A stretch of 64,000 nt of DNA from Azospirillum sp. (GTDB lineage Bacteria > Pseudomonadota > Alphaproteobacteria > CACIAM-22H2): assembly GCA_020249045.1 (NCBI GenBank), contig JADCGK010000058.1, forward strand, positions 133 to 64,132, written 5' to 3'. How positions within the stretch are numbered: the first letter of the stretch is position 1; every line of letters starts with the position of its first letter. A program made the position numbers and the translations under genes. This document shows, piece after piece, positions 9,866 to 22,803 of this stretch. The notes under the pieces were generated by a model. It did no database searches, was not told where the DNA came from, and saw only the letters and a list, made by a program, of their open reading frames with translations.

Positions 9866-10797
9866 GCGAGGCCCAGCATCGTGCGGATGTTCTGCACGGC
9901 CGCACCCGAGGCGCCCTTGCCGAGATTGTCGAGCCGCGCCACGAGCACGGCTTGGCAGTGCTTGTCGTTGCCGAACACGCGCAATTCCAGATCGTTGGTG
10001 CCGTTGAGCGCCTCGGCTTCCAGCTTGCCGTTGGCCTCGGCCGGCATGACTTTGACGTAGCCGGCGCCCGCGTAATGCGCGGCGAGGCAGGCGTGCAGAT
10101 CGGCGGCCTTGGGCTTGCCGTTCAGCGTATCGAGATGCAGCGGCACGCTGACGAGCATGCCTTGGCGGAAATTCCCGACCGAAGGCACGAACAGCGGGCG
10201 GCGCGTCAGCCCCGTATACGTCTGCAACTCGGGCACATGCTTGTGTTCGAGGCCGAGGCCGTAAAGCTCGAAACTCGGCGCCTTGCCCGCCTCGTAGGCC
10301 TCGATCATCGCCTTGCCGCCGCCCGAATAGCCGGAAACGGCGTTGACCGTCAGCGGAAAATCCTTCGGCATGATGCCCGCGTCCACCAATGGCCGCACGA
10401 GCGCGATCGCCCCGGTCGGATAGCAGCCGGGATTGCCCACGCGCGTCGCCGCCGCGACCTTCGCCTTGTGCGCGGCGGACAATTCGGGAAAGCCGTAGAC
10501 CCAGCCCGGCGCCGTCCGATGCGCGGTCGACGCATCGACCACGCGCGGCGTCTTGTCGCCGAGTTCGCCCATCAGCGCGACCGATTCCTTGGCCGCGTCG
10601 TCGGGCAGACACAACACCACGAGGTCGACCGACGCGAACATCGCCTTGCGCGCCGACGGATCCTTGCGCAAGGCCGGATCGATCTGACGCAACGCGATCC
10701 CCGGCATGGCTTCCAACCGCTGGCGGATGCCGAGGCCCGTCGTGCCCGCTTCGCCGTCGATGAAGATCGTCTTGGTCGCAGTCGTCGTGCCGTCCAT
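9862..10797 (-). CDS. argC: N-acetyl-gamma-glutamyl-phosphate reductase (type 2)
   Basis: [57 protein letters not shown]. Confidence 0.96.
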   Translation of the reverse strand: MDGTTTATKTIFIDGEAGTTGLGIRQRLEAMPGIALRQIDPALRKDPSARKAMFASVDLVVLCLPDDAAKESVALMGELGDKTPRVVDASTAHRTAPGWVYGFPELSAAHKAKVAAATRVGNPGCYPTGAIALVRPLVDAGIMPKDFPLTVNAVSGYSGGGKAMIEAYEAGKAPSFELYGLGLEHKHVPELQTYTGLTRRPLFVPSVGNFRQGMLVSVPLHLDTLNGKPKAADLHACLAAHYAGAGYVKVMPAEANGKLEAEALNGTNDLELRVFGNDKHCQAVLVARLDNLGKGASGAAVQNIRTMLGLA

Positions 10798-10828
10798 GGC
10801 TCTCGCTCCTCGCTTCGGCAAGTCTAGC

Positions 10829-11317
10829 CTAAAGATCCATCCGGTAGAAATGCGTGTCGACCTTCATCCGCGGAAACGCGGGCGGCAGATCGTCGGCCGG
10901 AATCTCGCGGAACCCGTTGCGTTCGTAGAACCGCCGGGCCGCTTTGAGGATTTCGACGGTGCCGAGCAGCAGCGTGGAAATCCCTTCGCGCTTGGCATGG
11001 GCGATCAGCGTTTCGAGCAGGGTTTGCGCGACGCCGAATTCGCGCCCGCGCCGGTCCGCGCGCACGAACATTTTGCGGATCGCGCCCAAGCCGGGCGCGC
11101 ACTCGAGCAGACCGATCGAACCGATCGGCGTCCCGTCGGGATCGCACGCCACCCAGAACTCTCCCGCCCCCTTGCGGAAGAAAGCGGCCGGGTCGAGCAG
11201 ATCGGGCTGGCCTTCGAGCGTCACGTCGACGCCGAACTCGCCGGTTTGGATGCCGAGGATCATCGACGCCAAAACGTCGCGCTCGGCGGCCCGGAAAGGA
11301 TGAACCTCGAACGTCAT
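10829..11317 (-). CDS. GNAT-family N-acetyltransferase
   Basis: IRKMFV..DRRG...GVAQTLL acetyl-CoA motif A; [11 protein letters not shown]. Confidence 0.88.
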   Translation of the reverse strand: MTFEVHPFRAAERDVLASMILGIQTGEFGVDVTLEGQPDLLDPAAFFRKGAGEFWVACDPDGTPIGSIGLLECAPGLGAIRKMFVRADRRGREFGVAQTLLETLIAHAKREGISTLLLGTVEILKAARRFYERNGFREIPADDLPPAFPRMKVDTHFYRMDL

Positions 11318-11329
11318 GACGATCTCCGG

Positions 11330-11363
11330 AAAAACGAAGGGCGCCCGCTGGGGGCGCCCTTCG
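11330..11363 (-). terminator. Rho-independent terminator of rplM-rpsI
   Basis: Minus strand CGAAGGGCGCCC-ccagc-GGGCGCCCTTCG followed by TTTTT, just after the rpsI stop. Confidence 0.85.
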
Positions 11364-11385
11364 CGAGTCTCCGTTCGGGAAGCGA

Positions 11386-11913
11386 TTAGCGCTTCGAGAA
11401 CTGGTGGCTGCGGCGCGCCTTGTGGCGGCCATACTTCTTGCGCTCGACCACGCGGCTGTCGCGGGTGAGGAAGCCGTGGCTCTTCAGCACGGGGCGCAGT
11501 TCGGGTTCGTAATGCGTCATGGCCTTCGAGATGCCGTGACGCACCGCGCCCGCCTGGCCCGACAGACCGCCGCCGGCGACCGTGCACCAGATGTCGAACT
11601 GGCCGGCGCGGTTGGAGACCTGGAAGGGCTGGTTGATCATCATGCGCAGGGCCGGACGCGCGAAATACGCGTTCAGCTCGCGGCCGTTGACGGTCATCTT
11701 GCCGGTGCCGGACTTGATCCACACGCGCGCGACGGCGTTCTTGCGCTTGCCGGTCGCGTAGGCGCGGCCGAACTTGTCGCGCTGGGGCTGGGCGGCGGCG
11801 GTCGTCTGGCTCTGCGCGGCGGCGGCCGACGCGGCGGCCAGCGACAGGTCGGCGAGCGTGCGGCCCGCGGTCTTCGGCTTGGCGGCCTTCTCGGTCGAAC
11901 GGGGTTCGGCCAT
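11386..11913 (-). CDS. rpsI: 30S ribosomal protein S9
   Basis: [39 protein letters not shown]-terminal QFSKR. Confidence 0.98.
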   Translation of the reverse strand: MAEPRSTEKAAKPKTAGRTLADLSLAAASAAAAQSQTTAAAQPQRDKFGRAYATGKRKNAVARVWIKSGTGKMTVNGRELNAYFARPALRMMINQPFQVSNRAGQFDIWCTVAGGGLSGQAGAVRHGISKAMTHYEPELRPVLKSHGFLTRDSRVVERKKYGRHKARRSHQFSKR

Positions 11914-11915
11914 GG

Positions 11916-12386
11916 TCAGGCGCTCCTCTTGTTCTTCGGGTTCAACGCGGCGAAGTCGATCGTCTTCGGGTTTTGGGCCGCGTGCGGGTGTTCCTTGCCG
12001 GCGTAGACCTTGAGATGGGTCATCTGACGGCGGGCGAGCGGGCTGTCCTTCTTGAGCATGCGCTCGACGGCGCGCACGATCAGCCGCTCGGGATGCTTCG
12101 AAGCGAGCGTGCGCTTCGGATCGGTTTCCTTGATCCCGCCCGGGTGGCCGGTGTGCCAATGGAAGCGCTTCTGCTCCATCTTGCGGCCCGTGAGGCGCAC
12201 CTTTTCGGCGTTGATCACGACGACGAAGTCGCCGAGGTCGAGATGGGGGGAGAAGCTCGGCTTGTGCTTGCCCTTGAGGCGCAGCGCGACGAACGAAGCC
12301 AGACGGCCCAGCACGACGTTTTCGGCGTCGACCAGGATCCAGCTCTTGCTCTTGCGCGCCTCGGCGACGGTCAGATTCGGCGTCAT
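11916..12386 (-). CDS. rplM: 50S ribosomal protein L13
   Basis: [47 protein letters not shown]. Confidence 0.97.
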   Translation of the reverse strand: MTPNLTVAEARKSKSWILVDAENVVLGRLASFVALRLKGKHKPSFSPHLDLGDFVVVINAEKVRLTGRKMEQKRFHWHTGHPGGIKETDPKRTLASKHPERLIVRAVERMLKKDSPLARRQMTHLKVYAGKEHPHAAQNPKTIDFAALNPKNKRSA

Positions 12387-12440
12387 CGAAGGAATTCCAC
12401 AAAGAGGATGAGCCCCGGAAACGGGGCTCGAAGGGCCGGG

Positions 12441-12469
12441 AATATGCGGTCCCGACCCCGCGCCGTCAA
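12441..12469 (-). promoter_or_regulatory. Sigma70-type promoter of rplM-rpsI
   Basis: Minus strand TTGACG-N17-CATATT, about 55 bp upstream of rplM. Confidence 0.7.
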
Positions 12470-12512
12470 CGCGTAAGAAGCGTTATATTCCAATGGGTTT
12501 GCAGATAAGGTA

Positions 12513-12968
12513 CTATTTTACCGCACGCGAACGCGCTGATTTCACGGGCCGATCCATCGGCGGAATCGAATACGTTCCGGTGACGTGGGCGACAGGCTCG
12601 CGCTCGCCCTTGGAGAAAATCGTCACCTCCATCACCGCCAAACGCTTGCCGAGCTTCAACATGCGCCCTTCGGCGATCAGATCCCGAGGGGCGGGCTTGC
12701 GCAGGAAATTGATGTTGAGATTCGTCGTGACGGCGAGTTCGACGCGCCCGATCAGCGTCATGACGACGACGTACATGGTGAAATCGGCGAGCGCCATCAT
12801 CGTGGGGCCGGAGATCGTCCCGCCCGGACGCACGAAATCCGGCTTGTAGGGCATGCGCACGATCGCACGGCCTTTGGCGAGCTTGTCGATCCTGGGCCCC
12901 AGTGAGGCGGCGATCGGCAACGAATCCGCGACGATCTCGAAGATCTCGGCTTTGGTGATGTGGCTCAT
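12513..12968 (-). CDS. PaaI-family thioesterase
   Basis: RPGGTISGPTMMALAD, AVTTNLNINFLRKP, LKLGKRL hotdog-fold motifs. Confidence 0.9.
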   Translation of the reverse strand: MSHITKAEIFEIVADSLPIAASLGPRIDKLAKGRAIVRMPYKPDFVRPGGTISGPTMMALADFTMYVVVMTLIGRVELAVTTNLNINFLRKPAPRDLIAEGRMLKLGKRLAVMEVTIFSKGEREPVAHVTGTYSIPPMDRPVKSARSRAVK

Positions 12969-13032
12969 GCGAGGGCGCTTGCGTCGGAGGAATTCCCCGC
13001 CCAAAGTGCCGCAAATCGCCTCGGAGGAGAAG

Positions 13033-13827
13033 ATGCCCGACTCCGCACCCGAAATTCCGGTCCTGACCCGCGACGACGCCGATGGGATCGCGACGCTGAC
13101 GCTGAACCGCCCGCACGCGCGCAACGCGTTGTCGGTGGCGTTGATGACCGCGCTCGAAGCCGAATTCGCGAATCTCGCCGCCGACCGGTCGATCAAGGCC
13201 GTCGTGCTCGCAGGCGCTGGGCCCGCCTTCTGCGCGGGCCACGACCTCAAGGAAATCCGCGCCAATCCGGGCCGCGCCTTCTACGAGGCGTTGTTCGCAC
13301 AATGCTCGCGGCTGATGACCGCGATCGTGCGGTGCCCCAAGCCGGTGATCGCGCGGGTGCACGGGATCGCGACCGCCGCGGGTTGCCAACTGGTCGCGAC
13401 ATGCGATCTGGCGGTCGCGGCGGAGGATTCCCGCTTCGCCACACCGGGGGTCAATATCGGTCTGTTCTGCTCGACGCCGATGGTCGCACTTTCGCGCAAT
13501 ATCGGGCGCAAGGCGGCGATGGAGATGCTGCTGACCGGCGACATGATCCCGGCATCGCGCGCACGCGAAATCGGCCTCGTGAACCGGATCGTACCGCCCG
13601 GCGAACTCGCCGCCGCCACGCGTGCGCTGGCGGCGCAGATCGCGTCCAAATCGCCGCTGACTTTGAAGATCGGCAAGGAGGCGTTCTATCGCCAGCTCGA
13701 CATGGAGCTGGACGCCGCCTATGCCTACGCCAGTCGCGCGATGACCGAGAACATGCTCGCGCGCGACGCCGAGGAAGGCATCGACGCCTTCATCGCCAAG
13801 CGCGCGCCGGTGTGGGAGGGCCGCTGA
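13033..13827 (+). CDS. Enoyl-CoA hydratase/isomerase (ECHDC3-like)
   Basis: LNRPHARNAL, FCAGHDLKE, ATAAGCQLVATCD, GLFCSTP. GGAGGAG RBS. Confidence 0.92.
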   Translation: MPDSAPEIPVLTRDDADGIATLTLNRPHARNALSVALMTALEAEFANLAADRSIKAVVLAGAGPAFCAGHDLKEIRANPGRAFYEALFAQCSRLMTAIVRCPKPVIARVHGIATAAGCQLVATCDLAVAAEDSRFATPGVNIGLFCSTPMVALSRNIGRKAAMEMLLTGDMIPASRAREIGLVNRIVPPGELAAATRALAAQIASKSPLTLKIGKEAFYRQLDMELDAAYAYASRAMTENMLARDAEEGIDAFIAKRAPVWEGR

Positions 13828-13829
13828 TC

Positions 13830-14321
13830 ATGGACCATTCCGAATATCCGGACGCCTATATCCGCGCGATTTTGCGCGAGACCAAGACCATCGCGATGGT
13901 CGGGGCTTCGACCAATTGGACCCGGCCCAGCTTTTTCGCGATGAAATATCTCCAAGCCAAAGGCTACCGCGTGATACCGGTCAACCCGGCGGCGGCGGGT
14001 CAGGATCTGCTCGGCGAGACCGTGCGCGCGACCCTGAAGGACGTGCCGGAAAAAATCGACATGGTCGACGTGTTCCGCGCATCCGAACATGTCGGACCGA
14101 TCGCCGACGACGCGATCGCCGTCGGCGCCAAATGCCTGTGGCTGCAACTCGGCGTCGTCAACGCCGACGCCGCGCGCAAAGCCGAGGCGGCCGGCCTCAA
14201 AGTCGTCATGAACCGCTGCCCCAAAATCGAGTTCGGCCGCTTGTCGGGCGAACTCTCGTGGGGCGGGATCAATTCGGGCGTGATCTCGGCCAAGCGCGCG
14301 CGGGTCTCGCGCGGGGTGTGA
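13830..14321 (+). CDS. CoA-binding protein (YccU-like)
   Basis: IAMVGAS, GYRVIPVNP, DMVDVFR, WLQLGV, VVMNRCPKIE. Confidence 0.92.
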   Translation: MDHSEYPDAYIRAILRETKTIAMVGASTNWTRPSFFAMKYLQAKGYRVIPVNPAAAGQDLLGETVRATLKDVPEKIDMVDVFRASEHVGPIADDAIAVGAKCLWLQLGVVNADAARKAEAAGLKVVMNRCPKIEFGRLSGELSWGGINSGVISAKRARVSRGV

Positions 14322-16982
<2,661 letters not shown>

Positions 16983-17156
16983 GGCGGCACGCTTCTATTC
17001 GATGGGGCCGCCAGATTTAGCCCCCGGACCCCGGCGTGTCCAGACGATGCACCCGGCGAAGCGCCGGAAAGATCACGGAAATCCGAATGAAAACCGGGCC
17101 AGCGGGGCGAACCGCATGGGAATCACCGCCCGGCCGGCCCGGGATGGGGCCCGGAC

Positions 17157-17186
17157 CGCCGCCCGGGATCGGAAGACCGGGCGGCG
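17157..17186. terminator. GC-rich hairpin downstream of recA (possible terminator or stability element)
   Basis: CGCCGCCCGG-N10-CCGGGCGGCG; no clear U-tract. Confidence 0.45.
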
Positions 17187-17218
17187 TGCGGGGCCTGAAG
17201 AGACGAAGGAAGCGGGGC

Positions 17219-18310
17219 TCAGTTGTCCCCGCCGCCCGAATCGTTGGCGAGCGCGTTGGCGACGAGGCCGGAGTTGGCGCGGATGGCCTTCTCGATCGCC
17301 TCGGCCATCTCCGGATGCTCCTTGAGATAGGTCCGCGCGTTCTCGCGGCCCTGGCCGATTCGTTCGCCGTCATAGGAGAACCACGCGCCGGACTTCTCGA
17401 CCACGCCGGCTTTGACGCCGAGATCGATGAGCTCGCCGGTCTTCGACACGCCCTCGCCGTACATGATGTCGAACTCGACGACCTTGAACGGCGGCGCCAT
17501 CTTGTTCTTCACGACCTTGACGCGCGTCTGGTTGCCGACGACGTCGTCCTTGTCCTTGATGGCGCCGATGCGGCGGATGTCCAGACGCACCGAGGCGTAG
17601 AATTTGAGCGCGTTGCCGCCCGTCGTCGTTTCGGGGTTTCCGAACATGACGCCGATCTTCATGCGGATCTGGTTGATGAAGATGACGAGCGTGTTCGAGC
17701 GCGAAATCGATCCCGTCAGCTTGCGCAAGGCCTGGCTCATCAGGCGCGCGTGAACGCCCATATGGCTGTCGCCCATCTCGCCTTCGAGTTCGGCGCGCGG
17801 CACGAGGGCTGCGACCGAGTCCACCACCAGCACGTCCACCGCGCCCGAGCGCACGAGCGTATCGGCGATTTCGAGGGCCTGTTCGCCCGCATCGGGTTGG
17901 GAGATCAGCAGATTGTCGACGTCGCACCCGAGCTTGCGCGCGTAGGCCGGATCGAGCGCGTGTTCCGCGTCGACGAAGGCGCAGGTTCCGCCGGCCTTCT
18001 GGGCCTCGGCGATCGCATGCAACGCCAGCGTGGTCTTGCCCGAGCTTTCGGGTCCGTAGATCTCCACGATGCGGCCCTTGGGCAAGCCGCCGATGCCAAG
18101 CGCGATGTCCAGCGACAGCGAACCGGTCGACACGACCTCCGCCTGCACCGGCAATTCCTTGCCGCCGAGCTTCATGATCGAGCCCTTGCCGAAGGCGCGC
18201 TCGATCTGACCCAGGGCGGCTTCCAAAGCCTTGTTCTTATCCATGCTGTCCTTGTTGTCCTTTTCCGCCCCGTCCCGAGGGACGGCGCGCAATGCGGGGG
18301 CCGAAGACAT
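17219..18310 (-). CDS. recA: Recombinase RecA
   Basis: GPESSGKTT Walker [29 protein letters not shown] before ATG 18310. Confidence 0.99.
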   Translation of the reverse strand: MSSAPALRAVPRDGAEKDNKDSMDKNKALEAALGQIERAFGKGSIMKLGGKELPVQAEVVSTGSLSLDIALGIGGLPKGRIVEIYGPESSGKTTLALHAIAEAQKAGGTCAFVDAEHALDPAYARKLGCDVDNLLISQPDAGEQALEIADTLVRSGAVDVLVVDSVAALVPRAELEGEMGDSHMGVHARLMSQALRKLTGSISRSNTLVIFINQIRMKIGVMFGNPETTTGGNALKFYASVRLDIRRIGAIKDKDDVVGNQTRVKVVKNKMAPPFKVVEFDIMYGEGVSKTGELIDLGVKAGVVEKSGAWFSYDGERIGQGRENARTYLKEHPEMAEAIEKAIRANSGLVANALANDSGGGDN

Positions 18311-18479
18311 GTGTGCTCTCTCCTTATGACAGGCCGGGTGCGAAGGCGAAATCCCCTCGGGACCGGCGTGGTTGACCATTGACGCAGTAACGACCGTTCA
18401 AATCCCTCATACCCTTGGGTCCCTTTTTGTTCCCTTCAGGACCCCGGCGCGAAACCCAAGGCCCCGCGCCGTCATTTGG

Positions 18480-18507
18480 AATGTACCAAATCCGTTCTCA
18501 TCCGCAA
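18480..18507 (-). promoter_or_regulatory. recA promoter overlapped by an alphaproteobacterial LexA (SOS) box
   Basis: Minus strand TTGCGG-N16-TACATT with GAAC-ggatttg-GTAC (18483-18497) inside it. Matches the GAAC-N7-GAAC/GTAC alpha SOS box. Confidence 0.8.
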
Positions 18508-18576
18508 GAGAAAAAGGAGAACACGGTTCTAAATCCCATTTTCGCGCGCCCCGCCCCGCCCTGCCGACGGCACCGC

Positions 18577-20079
18577 TCAGTCCTTGAACACTTCTTCGCG
18601 GCCGGCCCGTAAGGCCGGCAACATCGACACAGCGAGGGCCACGAGCCCGATGCAAAGCAAGGACGCCGAGAGCGGCGTGCCGAGGAACACCATCGGATCC
18701 CCGCCGGAGATGATCAGCGCCTGACGGAGCTTCTCCTCCAGCAACCGCCCGAGCACGAACCCCAGCGCCAGCGGCGCGGGCTCGAAATCCAGCTTGTGCA
18801 GCACGTAGCCGACCAACCCGAAGATGGCGGTCAGATAGACCATGTCCGCCGCATTCCCGATCGAATAGATACCGATGCAGCAGAACAGGACGATGGCCGG
18901 AAAAAGCAGACGGTAAGGCACGCGCAGCAAACGGACCCACAAGCCGATCAGCGGCAGATTGATCACCAACAGCATCAGATTGCCGACCCACATCGAGGCG
19001 ATCAGGCCCCAGAAAAGCTCTGGATTGCGATCGATGACTTGCGGGCCCGGGATCACGCCTTGGATCAGCATCGCGCCGACCATCAGCGCCATCACGGCAT
19101 TGGGCGGCAGGCCGAGCGTCAAAAGCGGAATGAAGGAGGTCTGCGCGCCCGCGTTATTGGCCGATTCCGGCCCCGCGACGCCCGCGGACGCACCGCGGCC
19201 GAATGTCTCGGGCCGCTTGGACAGCCGCTTTTCCAGCGCATAGCTGGCGAAGGGCGCCAGAATGGCGCCGTTGCCCGGCAGGATACCCAGCACCGAACCG
19301 AGCCCCGCCCCGCGCAGCATCGCCGGGAGATTCCCGAGGAACTCGCGCAGATTGGGCAGCAATCGGCCGATTTTCGCGCGCACCACGTCGCGCGCTTCGG
19401 GATTCTGAAGATTCTTGAGGATCTCCGCAAAGCCGAACAGCCCCATCGCCAGAACGGCGAACTCCAAGCCGTCGTAGAGCATCTCGAGATCGAAGGTCAG
19501 CCGCTCGCGGCCGGTTTCGATGTCGGTGCCGACCGTGCTCAGCAGCACGCCGACGGCAATCATCGCGACCGCCTTGAGGAGCGAACCGCGCGCCAGAACG
19601 ACCGCGAGAACGAGCCCCATGATCATCAGCGAGAAATACTCGGCGGGGCCGAACAGCAGCCCCAAGTTCGACATCGGCTCGCCCAGGGCGGCGATCAGCA
19701 GCGTGGCGATCGAGCCCGCGATGAAGGAGCCGACGGCCGCGTAGCCCAACGCCAAGCCCGCTTGACCGTTCTTCGCCATCGCGTGGCCGTCGATCGCGGT
19801 CACGACCGCCGTCGCCTCGCCGGGGATGTTCACCAAGATCGCGGTGGTCGAGCCGCCGTACTGCGCGCCATAATAGATCCCCGCCAGCATGATCAACGCG
19901 CCCGTCGGATCGAGCGACAAGGTTATCGGAAGCAGAATGGCGATCGTGGCGACCGGCCCGACGCCCGGCAGCACGCCCACGAGCGTGCCGATCAGGCATC
20001 CCACAAAACAGAGTCCGATGTTCTTGAGGGTCAACGCGACCTGGAAGCCGAGACCCAGATTCGAGAACATTTCGCCCAT
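18577..20079 (-). CDS. tctA: Tripartite tricarboxylate transporter large permease
   Basis: GTLVGVLPGVG, GIYYGAQYGGSTTAILVNIPG, GPESANNA, PLLTLGLP. Confidence 0.95.
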   Translation of the reverse strand: MGEMFSNLGLGFQVALTLKNIGLCFVGCLIGTLVGVLPGVGPVATIAILLPITLSLDPTGALIMLAGIYYGAQYGGSTTAILVNIPGEATAVVTAIDGHAMAKNGQAGLALGYAAVGSFIAGSIATLLIAALGEPMSNLGLLFGPAEYFSLMIMGLVLAVVLARGSLLKAVAMIAVGVLLSTVGTDIETGRERLTFDLEMLYDGLEFAVLAMGLFGFAEILKNLQNPEARDVVRAKIGRLLPNLREFLGNLPAMLRGAGLGSVLGILPGNGAILAPFASYALEKRLSKRPETFGRGASAGVAGPESANNAGAQTSFIPLLTLGLPPNAVMALMVGAMLIQGVIPGPQVIDRNPELFWGLIASMWVGNLMLLVINLPLIGLWVRLLRVPYRLLFPAIVLFCCIGIYSIGNAADMVYLTAIFGLVGYVLHKLDFEPAPLALGFVLGRLLEEKLRQALIISGGDPMVFLGTPLSASLLCIGLVALAVSMLPALRAGREEVFKD

Positions 20080-20080
20080 G

Positions 20081-20590
20081 TCAGTATCCGATCAGCCAGG
20101 GGGCCACGGGAACGGGAATGCCGAGCGCGAACCGAAACGCCACGATGCAGACGGCGGATATCGCCACCGAAAAGACGAACAACTCGCCGCGCTTGGCCGA
20201 TCTGTCGGCAAGCCCCGCGACGAACGCCGCAAGGGGCCCCGCGATCACGAGGCCGAGGGGCGGCACTTCCACCGGCCCGATCGTTCCGCCGCGGATCGTG
20301 AACCCGAACAACACGACCGCCCCCAGGACGATGACGATCTCCCGCCAGGCCCAAGCGCCGACCGGACCGGCGGGCGCACGCAGCGCCAGCGCGACCTGAA
20401 GGGCACCGAGAGCGACGATCAACCCGCCGACGATGCGCGGCATCAGGCCGGCGCCGACGCCTTGCCGCGTCATGAAGGGAAGATCGGCGGCGCCGATCAG
20501 CGCCACGCCGCCCAGGACGACGAGCGCGATCCCGGCCCAGAAGTCGCGGTCGCGAAACCGGCCGCCGGATCCGTTCGGGCTTTGCGGCAT
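20081..20590 (-). CDS. tctB: Tripartite tricarboxylate transporter small subunit
   Basis: RDFWAG..., GAGLMPR, about four TM helices, FRFALGIPVP; lies between tctC and tctA. Confidence 0.85.
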   Translation of the reverse strand: MPQSPNGSGGRFRDRDFWAGIALVVLGGVALIGAADLPFMTRQGVGAGLMPRIVGGLIVALGALQVALALRAPAGPVGAWAWREIVIVLGAVVLFGFTIRGGTIGPVEVPPLGLVIAGPLAAFVAGLADRSAKRGELFVFSVAISAVCIVAFRFALGIPVPVAPWLIGY

Positions 20591-20598
20591 CGGCGGCC

Positions 20599-21570
20599 CT
20601 ATTCGAGAGTGATGTTGGCGGTGCGCACGATCTGGCCCCAGCGCGTGCGCTCGGCGGCCATGAACTCGGCGAAGGCTTGGCCTTCGAGCTCCGCGGGCGT
20701 CGCGCCGTCGTCGCGCAAGCGCTCGATGACGGCCGGATCGCGCAACGTCTCGCGGGTGGCTTGTCCGAGCCGCGCGCGAACCGCTTGCGGCATGCCGCGC
20801 GGGCCGAGCAGCCCGTACCAAGCCGAGGCGGTGTAGTCCTTGAGGCCGGCTTCGATCGCCGTCGGCACGTCCGGGAGCCCGGCGAAGCGCGACGTTCCCG
20901 TCACCGCCAACGCCGCGACTCGCTTGCCCTCGATGAGGCCCGTCACGGACGGAATCGTCGTCACCATGAAGTCGATATGGCCGCCGACCAGATCGTTCAG
21001 GGCCGGGCCCGCGCCGCGATAGGGCACGTGGCGCGCTTCGAAACCGGCGACCTGTCCGAGAAGCAGTGCCGCCAGATGGCTGGCCGAGGCGTTGCTCGCG
21101 GAACCGTAGACGAGCGTGCGGCTCTTCCCCGCCGCGACGAGATCGCCGAGCGAGGCGACCTGCAACCGGGGGCCGACGACGACGACCAGCGACGCGTCGG
21201 CGATCAGCGCGATCGGATCGAGCGTCGTCGCCGGATCGGCCTTGAGTCGCCGGAACAGATGCGGGTTCACCACCATGGGGCCTTGATTGCCGATCAGCAA
21301 CGTATGGCCGTCGGGCGCGGCCGCGGCGACCGCTTCGGTGCCCAGATTGGCCGCAGCACCGGGCCGGTTCTCGACCAGGACTCGACCGTCCAGAACCCTT
21401 TCGAGACGCGCCGCGAAGATGCGCGCGACCGCGTCCGTTCCGCCGCCCGCCGCGTAGCTGACGATCAGCGTGATCGGCTTCGTGGGAAATCGGGCCTGGG
21501 CGCGCGCGAGGGACGGCGCCGCGAGCGCGTACGCGGCGCCGGCGGTCACGAGGCTACGGCGGGTCAACAT
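20599..21570 (-). CDS. tctC: Bug/TctC-family periplasmic binding protein
   Basis: Tat-like MLTRRSL; FPTKPITLIVSYAAGGGTD, VENRPGA, HVPYRGAGPA, PDVPT. Confidence 0.92.
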   Translation of the reverse strand: MLTRRSLVTAGAAYALAAPSLARAQARFPTKPITLIVSYAAGGGTDAVARIFAARLERVLDGRVLVENRPGAAANLGTEAVAAAAPDGHTLLIGNQGPMVVNPHLFRRLKADPATTLDPIALIADASLVVVVGPRLQVASLGDLVAAGKSRTLVYGSASNASASHLAALLLGQVAGFEARHVPYRGAGPALNDLVGGHIDFMVTTIPSVTGLIEGKRVAALAVTGTSRFAGLPDVPTAIEAGLKDYTASAWYGLLGPRGMPQAVRARLGQATRETLRDPAVIERLRDDGATPAELEGQAFAEFMAAERTRWGQIVRTANITLE

Positions 21571-22679
21571 GGCGTTTCCTCCAAGGCTGTCTTGTTTTCT
21601 GGGGCCGGGAGCAGGCCGGAAGGGATCAGGACCGCGCCTTCGAAAAGGCGGCGCGCGGTGCGGAGCACGTGGACGACCGGCGCCGCGTCGGGATCGGGGC
21701 GCTCGATCCGCACGGACAAAGCGCCGGAAGGATGCTCGATCCGAAGATCGGCGGGCAAGGCGGCGGGCCGTGCGATCCGTGCCGCGAGCGTGCCGGGGGT
21801 CGCGATCGCCGTGGCGATCCCGACGGCGCCGGTGATCGCCAGCGCCGTATGGCAGGCGTGCGGCATCAAATAGCGCACGCGAATGGCGGCATCGCCCGCG
21901 GGCGGGGAGAGCAGAACGGGTTTCGGTACGACGAGGTCGGCGACGTCGCCGAGCCCCATCCGGCGCCCGGCCTCGCGCCGCATCGCCTCGATACGCGCCA
22001 TCAAAGCGCGATCGGCGTCGATCTCGGCGGGCGCTTCGCCGCCCGTCAGCCCCAAGGACGACGCCGCCACGAGCATCAACGGCATGGCGGCATCGACGAG
22101 CGATGTCTCGATTCCGTCGATCCGCTCGACCGGCTCCCCCGACGGCAGGAGCTTTCCCGTCTTCGCACCCGCCGCATCGAGGAAGGCGAGATGAATGGGC
22201 GCCGCCGCCCCGGGCACGCCGTCTATCGTGGCTTCGCCCGCGTAGACCACCCGACCCGCGGGGCTGCGCACTTTGGCGATCACCAGCTTGCCGGTGTTGA
22301 CGTTGTGGATGCGGACGGTCGTTTCGCCCGCGCCGGCGCGCACCAAGCCGGCCTCGATCGCGAACGGTCCGACGCCCGCAAGCATATTGCCGCAATTGGG
22401 CGAAGTATCGACGCGGCGCTCGGCGACAAGGACTTGGGCGAACAGGTAGTCGACATCGGCGTCCGCGCGGCGCGAACGCCCGACGATGGCGACCTTGCTG
22501 GTCAGCGGATTGCCGCCGCCGATCCCGTCGATCTGCAGTCGATGCCCCGCCCCGAGGGCGGCGATCAACACGCCGTCGCGCGATGCCGGATCGGCGGGCA
22601 GATCGTCGGCGAGGAAAAACGGGCCCCGCGACGTGCCGCCGCGCATCAAAACGCAAGGTATGCGGACCAAATCGTCCAT
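21564..22679 (-). CDS. PrpF/FldA-family isomerase (4-oxalomesaconate tautomerase-like)
   Basis: MRGGTSRGPFF, QIDGIGGGNPLTSKVAIV, NCGNMLAGVGPFA, HPSG, RTARRLFEG. Confidence 0.9.
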   Translation of the reverse strand: MDDLVRIPCVLMRGGTSRGPFFLADDLPADPASRDGVLIAALGAGHRLQIDGIGGGNPLTSKVAIVGRSRRADADVDYLFAQVLVAERRVDTSPNCGNMLAGVGPFAIEAGLVRAGAGETTVRIHNVNTGKLVIAKVRSPAGRVVYAGEATIDGVPGAAAPIHLAFLDAAGAKTGKLLPSGEPVERIDGIETSLVDAAMPLMLVAASSLGLTGGEAPAEIDADRALMARIEAMRREAGRRMGLGDVADLVVPKPVLLSPPAGDAAIRVRYLMPHACHTALAITGAVGIATAIATPGTLAARIARPAALPADLRIEHPSGALSVRIERPDPDAAPVVHVLRTARRLFEGAVLIPSGLLPAPENKTALEETPC

Positions 22680-22803
22680 GGGCGAACGGGCTGCTCCTCC
22701 GGCGACGGCGCAGCTTGCGGCGCTGCGCCATTCGATCGTTGAGCGACCTGTAGCCCCCGTCCGATGCGTTGTGAAATGCAAAGATCGCGTCTATTATTGC
22801 GAA

